Shown here in pieces: positions 55,066 through 64,000 of a stretch of DNA of 64,000 nt. The translations under genes and the position numbers were made by a program. A model generated the notes under the pieces. The model saw only the letters and a program-made list of their open reading frames with translations, ran no database searches and was not told where the DNA came from. Within the stretch, counting starts at the first letter, position 1. The number at the start of each line of letters is the position of its first letter. Source of the stretch: an uncultured Gaiellaceae bacterium (GTDB lineage Bacteria; Actinomycetota; Thermoleophilia; Gaiellales; Gaiellaceae). The stretch covers positions 90,319-154,318 of the forward strand of contig CAWJYW010000021.1 of assembly GCA_963847255.1 (NCBI GenBank), read 5' to 3'.

Positions 55066-56916
55066 CTAGCCGCGCCCGGTCTTGTGGAGCTGCGCGTAGA
55101 TCGAGCGCGCCGTCTTCGCCGGCACGCCCGGCACGCCCTCGAGCTCCTCCTGGCTCGCCGCGAGCACGCTCTCGGTCGAGCCGAAGTGCTGGATCAGCGC
55201 CCGCCGCCGCACGGGGCCGACGCCCTCGAGCGTGTCGAAGAGCGACTCCTTCGCCCGCGCGGAACGGCGCTGGCGGTGGAAGTCGAGCGCAAAGCGGTGT
55301 GCCTCGTCGCGAACCCGCTGCAGCAGCTGCAGTCCGGCGCTGTGCGGGTCGAGCAGGATCGGATCGGGCCGGCCGGGGACGAAGACCTCCTCGATCCGCT
55401 TCGCGAGCGAGATCACCGCGACACGCGGCAGCTCGTAGGCCTGCATCGCTGCGAGCGCGGCCGAGAGCTGGCCCTTGCCGCCGTCGATCACGACGAGGTT
55501 CGGCGCGGTCGCGAAGCCCTCGTCGTACTCCTCCCCGGTGCCGGTGCTCAGCCGCGCGAACCGGCGCGAGACGACCTCTGCCATCGCCGCGAAGTCGTCC
55601 TGGCCGTCGAGGCCGCGCACCCCGAACTTCCGGTAGTGCGCCTTCTTCGGCATCCCGTCCTGGAAGACGACCATCGAGCCGACGATCTCCTGGCCCTGGA
55701 TGTTCGAGATGTCGAAGCACTCGATCCGCAAGGGCAGGCTCTCGAGGTTGAGCGCTTCGCGCAGCTCCTCCAGCGCCGCGACCCGGCGCAGGCGCTTCTG
55801 CTCCGAGACGAGGGTCTCCGAGTCGAGCGCGAGCTTCGCGTTCTGAGCCGCGAGCTCTGCGAGCCGCCGCTTCTCTCCCCTCGCCGGCGCCCGCACCTCG
55901 ACGCGCGAGCCGCGGAGCTCGGAGAGGAACTGCTCGAGCGCCTCGAGCCCCGTGGCCCCGGTCGGGACGATGAGTTGCGGCGGGATCGACGGCGCGTTCC
56001 CGTAGTACTCGAGGCAGAACGCCTCGAGCACGGTCGTCACGTCCTGCCCCTCGACGTTCTCGAGGTGGAAGCCGTGCCGGTCGATCATCTTGCCGCCGCG
56101 AAGCGGGAAGACCTGCACTGCGGCCCGGTCGCGCTCGACAGCGATGCCGATCACGTCGATCGAGCCGGTCTCGCGCCGGTCGGCGCCCTGCTTCTCCGCC
56201 AGGTTCTCGATCGCGAAGAGCCGGTTGCGGTAGCGCGCGGCGTCCTCGAACCGCTCCTCGGCCGCCGCGTCGCGCATCTGCCGCTGGAGCTCGCGCACGA
56301 TCGTGCGCGTGTCACCCGAGAGGAAGTTGATGACGCCCTCGATGATCTCGCCGTACGCCTCCTTCGAGATGTAGTCCACGCACGGCGCGTGACAGCGCTC
56401 GATGTGGAAGTCGAGGCACGGGATCCCCGAGTGCCTGCCGGGCTTCGGGCCTTCACACGGACGGAACTGGAAGACGCGGTTGAGCACGTCGAGTGTCTCG
56501 CGCACCTTCTTCGCGTTGGCGTACGGGCCGAAGTAGAGGACGCCGCGCCGGTGCCGCTCGCGCGTGAACATCACCCGCGGGTAGTCGTCCTCGATCGTGA
56601 CCGCGATGTACGGGAACGACTTGTCGTCGCGAAGCCGGACGTTGAACGGCGGCCGGTAGCGCTTGACCAGGTTCTGCTCGAGGTGGAGCGCCTCGACCTC
56701 GGTCGCCGTCACGATCACCTCGAGGTCGGCGATCCGCCCGACGAGGTTCGGGATCGAGGAGCGGGTGTCGCCGCGCCCCGCCTGGAAGTACGAGCGCACG
56801 CGCGGCCGCAGCGACTTCGCCTTGCCCACGTAGAGCACGTCGCCCTTCTCGTCGCGGAAGAGGTAGACACCCGGCTTCGCGGGCAGGCGCTTCAGCTTCG
56901 GCTCGAGCTCGGCCAT
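55066..56916 (-). CDS. uvrC: excinuclease ABC subunit C
   Basis: The 617 aa intact ORF has GIY-YIG (PGVYLFRDEKGDVLYVGKAKSLRPRVRSYF), UvrBC, RNaseH-like and C-terminal HhH (GVGPVRRRALIQHFGS) domains. Confidence 0.95.
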   Translation of the reverse strand: MAELEPKLKRLPAKPGVYLFRDEKGDVLYVGKAKSLRPRVRSYFQAGRGDTRSSIPNLVGRIADLEVIVTATEVEALHLEQNLVKRYRPPFNVRLRDDKSFPYIAVTIEDDYPRVMFTRERHRRGVLYFGPYANAKKVRETLDVLNRVFQFRPCEGPKPGRHSGIPCLDFHIERCHAPCVDYISKEAYGEIIEGVINFLSGDTRTIVRELQRQMRDAAAEERFEDAARYRNRLFAIENLAEKQGADRRETGSIDVIGIAVERDRAAVQVFPLRGGKMIDRHGFHLENVEGQDVTTVLEAFCLEYYGNAPSIPPQLIVPTGATGLEALEQFLSELRGSRVEVRAPARGEKRRLAELAAQNAKLALDSETLVSEQKRLRRVAALEELREALNLESLPLRIECFDISNIQGQEIVGSMVVFQDGMPKKAHYRKFGVRGLDGQDDFAAMAEVVSRRFARLSTGTGEEYDEGFATAPNLVVIDGGKGQLSAALAAMQAYELPRVAVISLAKRIEEVFVPGRPDPILLDPHSAGLQLLQRVRDEAHRFALDFHRQRRSARAKESLFDTLEGVGPVRRRALIQHFGSTESVLAASQEELEGVPGVPAKTARSIYAQLHKTGRG

Positions 56917-56934
56917 GCGAGCTAGCGTAGCCCC

Positions 56935-58018
56935 GTGCGTGCGGTCACCATCACGGTTCTGGTCGTGCTCTCGCTCGCGGGTTGCGGCGGCGATTCCGTC
57001 CGGCGACGGCTTCGTCGTGGGCGCCGTCGACGACGTCGTTCGGCAGCCGGGACCGGCGCTCGACCAGCTGCGCGAGGCCGGCTTCGGCGCTGTCGGGGTG
57101 ACGAGCTTCTGGCAGCCCGGGCTCTCGGCACCGACACCCGAGGAGCTCGGCGTGCTCCGCGACGTGGCAGCCCGGGCGGAGGACACGCGGATCTTCCTCA
57201 GCGTCTACCAACCCGGCTCGGCGACCACGCCGCTGACAGCCGAGACACGGGCACAGTTCGCGTCGTACGTCGCGGCGATCGTGCGGGAGGTCCCCGAGAT
57301 CCGCGACATCGTCGTCGGGAACGAGCCGAACCTGAACCGCTTCTGGCTGCCGCAGTTCGACGAGGCCGGGAACGACGTGGCCGCGCCCGCCTACTTCGCG
57401 CTGCTCGCGGAGGCGTACGACGCCGCCAAGGAGGCCGATGAAGACGTCACGATCTGGGGCGGCGCTCTGGCGCCGCGCGGGATCGACCGGCCCGGCACAG
57501 GCCGCGACACACACTCGCCCACGACCTTCATCCAGGACCTCGGCGCGGCGTACCGGGCGAGCGGCCGCGCCAACCCGCCTCTCGACGGCTTCGCCTTCCA
57601 TCCGTACCCGGCGAGCTCGAGCATCCCGCCCGACCGTCCGACCGACCCCGCGTCGAAGTCGATCCTGCTCGCCGACTACGAGGAGAAGCTGGCGCCGCTG
57701 CTGGCGGAGGCGTTCGGCCGCGGCCTGCCGGTCCTCTACAGCGAGCTCGGCGTCGAGACCGTGATTCCGCCTGCGAAGGCGTCCCTCTACGAGGGCACGG
57801 AACCGGGAAAGCCGGTCGACGAGGCGACCCAGGCCGACTACTACCGTCGCGCGATCGAGCTCGCCTCCTGCCAGGAGGACGTCGTCGGCCTGCTGCTCTT
57901 CCACTCGCACGACGAGCGGGCGCTCACCGGCTTCCAGTCGGGCGTCTACTACGTCGACGGGACGCCGAAGGCGAGCCTCGAGCCGGTGCGCGACGCGATC
58001 GAGGCCGCGGGCTGCTAG
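56935..58018 (+). CDS. lipoprotein glycoside hydrolase (clan GH-A TIM-barrel, GH5/26/113-like), N-terminal frameshift
   Basis: It has the lipobox MRAVTITVLVVLSLAGCGG and a catalytic NEP motif (IVVGNEPNLNRFW). A second acidic residue is expected near VLYSELGVE. Confidence 0.55.
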
Positions 58019-58028
58019 TGCGTACGAT

Positions 58029-58736
58029 GTGTCCGTGAGCACTCCCTCTCAGGGCCAGTACGTCGCGTACACGTTTCACAAGCTCGACCCCGCGTGGCGC
58101 CGTCTCCCGGTCGACGAGCGCGCCGCGATGAAGGATGCCTTCGCGGACGTGGTCGAGAGCTGGAGCGACCGCTTCGAGCACCTGCGCGCCTACTCCACGG
58201 CAGGCGTCCGGCCCGACTGTGACTTCTTCTTCTGGAAGATCACCGAGCGCTACGCCGACCTCGGCGAGCTCGGTGCAGCGCTGAACGGCACGCCGCTCGC
58301 CGGCTGGCTCGAGACGCCGTACAGCTATCTCGCGACGACGAAGGCCTCGCCTTACACGGAGGCGCGAAGGCCCCGCAAGATCATCCCCAAGGGCTCGCCG
58401 TACCTCGTCGTCTACCCGTTCGTGAAGGTGCGGCCGTGGTACGCCCTGTCGCTCGAAGACCGGCAGCGCGCGATGGACGAGCACATCCGCATCGGGCGCG
58501 AGTTCGAGACGATCCACAACCACACGACGTACTCCTTCGGGATCGACGATCAGGAGTTCATGACCGCGTTCGAGTGCGACGAGCCGTCCGACTTCATGCA
58601 CCTGATGCTGACGCTGCGCGAGAGCGAGGCGTCCGCCTACACCGAGCGCGACACGCCGATCTTCGTCGGCGAGGGCATGACCGTCCGCGCCGCGCTCGAC
58701 GCCCTCGACGGCGCAACCGCGCACGTCCGCGCGTAG
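58029..58736 (+). CDS. hemQ: coproheme decarboxylase / chlorite-dismutase-family haem enzyme HemQ (ChdC)
   Basis: The 235 aa intact ORF reads YVAYTFHKLDPAWRRL...PYLVVYPFVKVRPWYALSLEDRQRAMDEHIRIG. Confidence 0.8.
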   Translation: MSVSTPSQGQYVAYTFHKLDPAWRRLPVDERAAMKDAFADVVESWSDRFEHLRAYSTAGVRPDCDFFFWKITERYADLGELGAALNGTPLAGWLETPYSYLATTKASPYTEARRPRKIIPKGSPYLVVYPFVKVRPWYALSLEDRQRAMDEHIRIGREFETIHNHTTYSFGIDDQEFMTAFECDEPSDFMHLMLTLRESEASAYTERDTPIFVGEGMTVRAALDALDGATAHVRA

Positions 58737-58738
58737 CC

Positions 58739-59295
58739 GTGCGGCGCGCAGCACTCCTGGTCCTCGCCGTGCTCGCGCTCGCCGGCTGCGGCGGAGACGA
58801 GACGGCCGCGCCGGAAGCAACGCCCGCGGACGGCGTCCAGGAGCTCGCGAACGTCCTCGACCTGCGCGCGGCGTTCGAGGCGGACGCCGGCAAGCCGCGC
58901 GTGCTCTTCCTCTTCTCCCCCACCTGAGGCACCTGCCTCGCCGGCGCCCGTTGGGTGCGGGAGAACATCCTCGAGAAGGAGCACGTCGAAGGACCTGCGG
59001 ATCTACGCGGTCTGGCTGAACCAGCGCTCGACCGACGCGCGCGACGAGATCGACGAGTCGATCCTCGCCGACCCGCGCGTGACGCAGTACTGGGACGGGG
59101 AAGGCATCACCGGCACGTACTTCGCCGAGACCGATCTCGGCGGGCTCGGCTTCTCGGGCTTCGTCTACGACGTCTACTACGTCTTCGGCGGCGACGCGGC
59201 CTGGGCGGACGCAGCCCGCGCCGCTCGCCGCCTCGGGCGCGCCGGTGCTCTTCAAGGGCGACGAGCTGCTCGCCGCGCTCGAGAAACAGCTCTGA
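58739..59295 (+). CDS. thioredoxin-fold lipoprotein (TlpA/ResA-like), frameshifts
   Basis: It has the lipobox LLVLAVLALAGCGG and a candidate CxxC (SPT-CGTCLAG) around an internal frameshift. Confidence 0.4.
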
Positions 59296-60179
59296 CGGTA
59301 GTCGATCGAGCGCAGGAACTCCTCGACCCGCTCGAGGAAGGCCTCCGGCTCCTCGACGTGCGGCATGTGGCTCGACTCCTCGAACAGCGGCCCACTGCGA
59401 GCCGGCGATCCGCTCGTGGATCTGCCCGACGATCAGCGGCGTCGCCTCGTCGTGGCGGCCCGAGACGAGCAGCGTCGGGGTCGTGATCTCGGGCAGCCGG
59501 TCGGTGATGTCCCACGTCTTGAGGGAGCCGACGACGTGGAACTCGCTCGGTCCGTTCATCGTGTGGTAGACGGTCGGGTCGACGTCCATCTGGTCGAAGC
59601 TGCGCTGCACGCAATCCGGCCACGGCACGCGGCACAGATGCTCGTCGTAGAAGACCCGCACCGCCGCGTCGTACTCGGGATCGTCGGTCGTTCCCTCCTG
59701 CTCGTGACGGGTCAGCGTCTCCTGTACGTCCGCCGGCAGATCCGCCCGCAGGCGGTTCGCCTCCGAGACCCAGAGAGTCATGCTCGCGGGCGAGTCGGCG
59801 ACGACGATCCCGCGTAGGCCGGGCGGGTGGTCGAGCGCGTACTCCATCGCGAGCATCCCGCCCCAGGACTGCCCGACGACGGCATGCCGGTCGGCGATGC
59901 CGAGCTGCGTCGGTCAGCTCGACCAGCTCGTCCTTGAAGAGCTGCGGCGTCCAGAACTCGGCGGGTGCGTCGGGCAGGTGCTGGCTCTTGCCGCAGCCGA
60001 CCTGGTCGTAGAGGACGCAGGCGCGGCCGTACCTGCTCAGCTCCGCGATCGGCTCGCAGTAGTCGTGCGCCGCACCGGGGCCGCCGTGGCAGATGACGAC
60101 CGGGGTCTGAGGCGAGTCCGGATCGAGCTCGCCGACGACCCGGTACCAGGTCTCGTGCTCGCGCCACTGCATCAGCCCT

Positions 60180-60193
<14 letters not shown>
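59290..60193 (-). CDS. pip: proline iminopeptidase (S33 alpha/beta hydrolase), frameshift; true stop obscured
   Basis: The N-terminus is [45 protein letters not shown]. The middle is [22 protein letters not shown]. The C-terminus is [21 protein letters not shown]. It has RBS AAAGGAG. Confidence 0.8.
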
Positions 60194-61214
<1,021 letters not shown>

Positions 61215-62242
61215 GCGCTCTCGCGGTCGGTGAGGACGGCCAGCGACGCCTGCCGGCAGCGCCGGCCGAACCGCCGGGTCGAGATGGCACGCATCCTTTC
61301 GGCCCGGCGCGACCCGCTCCGCGAGCGCCGGCCGCGTCGAGCAGAGCTCGAAGCGGTGCGCGCAGCGAGGCGCGAACCGGCAACCCGACGGGAGGCGCGA
61401 GCAGCGACGGCGGCGTGCCCGGGATCGCGGCGAGACGGCGCGGCCGGGGCCGGTCGATGCGCGGCATCGAGCCCAGCAGCCCCCAGGTGTACGGATGCTG
61501 CGGGTCCCGGAAGACATCCGACCTCGAGCCCTCCTCGACGACGCTGCCGGCGTACATCACGACGACCCGCTCGGCGAGGTCGGCGACGACGCCCATGTCG
61601 TGGGTGATGAGGACGATCGAGGAGCCGTGGTCGCGCTGAAGGCGCTTCATCAGCTCCAGGATCTGCGCCTGGATCGTCACGTCGAGCGCGGTCGTCGGCT
61701 CGTCGGCGATCAGGAGCGACGGATTGCACGAGAGGGCCATCGCGATCATCACGCGCTGCCGCATCCCGCCCGAGAACTGATGCGGGTAGTCGTCGGCGCG
61801 GCGGCTCGCGTTGGGGATCCCGACCTCGCGGAGCAGCTCGACCGTCCGCACCCGTGCGAGCCCGCGCGCTCATCGGCTCGTGCGCTCGCAGTTGCTCGGC
61901 GATCTGCCAGCCGACCCGGTAGACCGGCGTCAGCGCCGTCATCGGATCCTGGAAGATCATCGCGATCTCCGCGCCCCTGACGGACTGCATCTCTCGCTGC
62001 GAGAGCGTCATCAGATCGCGGCCGCGGTGGAGGACCTGACCTTCGACGACGGCGTTCGGGTCGCGGATCAGGCGCATCACGCTCAGCATCGAGACGGTCT
62101 TCCCGGAGCCGGACTCGCCGACGATGCCGAGGACCTCGCCCTGCCCGAGCGAGAACGAGAGGCCGTCGACGGCGCGCACGACCCCTTCCTCGGTGCGGAA
62201 CGAGACGCTCAGGTCGCGCACTTCGAGCAGCGGCTCAGGCAT
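61215..62242 (-). CDS. peptide ABC transporter ATP-binding protein (DppD/OppD-type), frameshift; stop out of frame
   Basis: It reads [15 protein letters not shown]...[13 protein letters not shown]...[32 protein letters not shown]...[23 protein letters not shown]. Confidence 0.85.
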
Positions 62243-63207
62243 GGCGCACCCGCGGGTCGAGCCAGGCGTAGAGCAGGTCGACGACTGCGTTCGCGGCGAC
62301 GACGAAGAACGCGGCATAGATCACGGTTCCCATGATCACCGGCAGGTCGAGGTTCTGGAGCGAGTCGAAGGTCAGCTTGCCGATGCCCGGGAGGCCGAAG
62401 ACGACCTCGGTGAGCAGCGCCCCGCCCCCGACGAGCGCGCCGAAGTCGAGCCCGAACAGGCTGACGAAGGCGATCAGCGACGTGCGCAGCGCGTGCCGCA
62501 CCAGCACGCGCTGCTCCGAGAGCCCCTTCGCCCGCGCGGTGCGGACGTAGTCCTCCTCCTGCGCCTCGATCAGGCTCGAGCGGAGCACGCGCGCGTAGAC
62601 GCCGATGTAGAGCACGGACAGCGTCAGCCAGGGCAGGAGCAGCGACTTGAACCAGCCGATCGGCGACTCCGTGAACGGCGTGTACCCGAGCGGCGGCACC
62701 CAGGAGAAGAGGAACGTGTCGTGGAGACGGCTCTGGCTGAGCAGGTTGACGACCTCGCCGAGCCAGAACACAGGGATCGAGATGCCGATCAGCCCGACGA
62801 CCATGATCAGGGTGTCGAGAGGCGTCCCGCGGAAGACGGCGGCGACGAGCCCCATGACGATGCTCACGACGACCCAGATCACCGCGGCGCCGAACACGAG
62901 CGAGAGCGTCACCGGCGCTGCCTCGACGATCTGCGGGATCACCTCCGCGCCGCGGTTCACGAACGAGGTGAGGTCGCGGGTGACGAACAGCTTCTTCATC
63001 ATCAGCGCCGTATTGCACCGGCAAGGGCTTGTCGAGCCCGAAGTCCTTCCGCACCGCCGCCAGCGTCGCCTGGTCGGCGTTCCGGCCGGCGATCCGCGCT
63101 GCCGGATCGACGCCGGGCGTGGCGAAGAAGATCAGGAAGACGAGCACGCTGATCGCGAACATCACGAACACCATCGAGACGAGCCGGCGCGCGACGAAGC
63201 GCAGCAT
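62235..63207 (-). CDS. peptide ABC transporter permease (DppB/OppB-type), frameshift near 63000
   Basis: The N-terminus is MLRFVARRLVSMVFVMFAISVLVFLIFFATPGVDPAARIAG. The C-terminus is LPGIGKLTFDSLQNLDLPVIMGTVIYAAFFVVAANAVVDLLYAWLDPRVR. Confidence 0.8.
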
Positions 63208-63999
63208 CAGTGCGCGATCCGTAGCTTCGCGCGCGGGTCGAGCGCGTCACGAACACCGTCTCCGAGCACGTTCAGCGCCAGCACCGTGAGCGCGATCGCG
63301 ATGCCGGGCGCGAGCGCCACCACCGGCCGCGAGTAGAGCAGGCCCTGCCCGTCGAGGATGATCGTGCCCCAGCTCGCGTTCGGCGGCTGCACGCCGATCG
63401 AGAGGAACGAGAGCGCCGCCTCGGTCAGCATGGCGATCGCCATCATGATCGGGAAGAAGACGATCACGGTCGTGACGACGTTCGGCAGGATCTCGCTCCA
63501 GAGCAGCCGCCAGGTCGATGCACCGAGCCCGACCGCCGCCTCGACGAACTGGCGCTCGCGCAGCGAGATGACCTCACCGCGGATCGGTCGGGCGACGTAG
63601 GGGACGTAGACGAGGCCGATGATGAAGATCGGCAGCCAGAGGCTTCCCGACTCGAGCGCGATCGGCCCGATCGACAGGCCGCGCGTGAGCAGGACGACCG
63701 AGAGGCAGATCGCAAGGAGATAGACGGGGAAGGCCCAGACGACGTCCAGCAGACGGCTGAGGACGCCGTCGGCGAAGCCGCCGAAGAACCCCGCGACGAC
63801 CCCGACCGAACGTGCCGAGCAGGCAGGTGAGCAGCGCGGCGGCAAGTCCGATCAGGAGCGAGTTGCGACCCCCGTACAGCAGGCGCGCCGCGACGTCCCG
63901 ACCCTGGTTGTCGGCGCCGAGCATGAAGTGGCGCGGATCCCAGGTCGGCCCCACCGGGGTCACCCCGAGGCCGAGCCCGCTCGTCTCCTGTTGCATCAC
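63207..63999 (-). CDS. peptide ABC transporter permease (DppC/OppC-type), 5' end probably beyond window
   Basis: It reads LWLPIFIIGLVYVPYVARPIRGEVISLRERQFVEAA...ALNVLGDGVRDALDPRAKLR, with a frameshift near 63850. Confidence 0.75.
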
Positions 64000-64000
64000 C

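Noticed and set aside
57924-59366. 480-aa minus-strand ORF overlapping hemQ and the GH lipoprotein
   Set aside because: Only the first ~25 residues, the Pip C-terminus [21 protein letters not shown], are real. The rest is a read-through antisense to intact plus-strand genes after a lost stop codon.

Overview
This is a 64 kb chromosomal segment of a very high-GC (about 70%) bacterium of actinobacterial type. The gene content is whiA, uvrC, a gap-pgk-tpiA cluster, pyrR-pyrB-pyrC-carA-carB, argS and infA, which fits Actinomycetota and possibly a Thermoleophilia or Rubrobacteria-like lineage. It is mostly core housekeeping: pyrimidine biosynthesis, a glycolytic operon, fba-glpX, argS, rnz, infA, uvrC, whiA and hemQ. 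Interspersed with these are signalling genes (two tandem membrane-sensor GGDEF/HD-GYP paralogues, a PAS/GAF hybrid histidine kinase, two NarL-type response regulators, an ECF sigma factor), a LacI-regulated secreted GH6 cellulase, secreted repeat proteins and a partial Dpp/Opp-type peptide ABC transporter. I found no transposases, integrases, phage genes or CRISPR arrays. Conserved genes are riddled with single-base frameshifts and missing stop codons: carA, pyrC, pyrB, pyrR, rnz, argS, pgk and gpmI are all affected, and SPFH/glpX and dppD/dppF read through into each other. A few long genes stay intact (uvrC, pruA, fba, the GH6 gene, the aminotransferase-cupin gene). That pattern points to indel errors in the assembly, not pseudogenes, so most coordinates below are approximate. 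The most notable observations are listed here.
- **SOS-regulated LysM gene:** a small LysM membrane protein carries two tandem Cheo-type LexA boxes and has no lexA neighbour; it resembles YneA/ChiZ.
- **Glyoxalase gene in the glycolytic operon:** a glyoxalase-family (VOC) gene is translationally coupled between gap and pgk.
- **Tandem c-di-GMP genes:** a 2 kb membrane-sensor GGDEF/HD-GYP gene is tandemly duplicated.
- **whiA locus:** the locus is rearranged, lacks rapZ/yvcK, and has a structured 350 bp intergenic region with a perfect 14 bp palindrome.
- **PyrR site:** a PyrR-binding hairpin overlaps the pyrR ribosome-binding site.
- **GH6 operator:** a cre/LacI-type operator lies upstream of the GH6 gene.
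- **Sequestered RBS:** a hairpin sequesters the ribosome-binding site of a secreted tandem-repeat protein gene.
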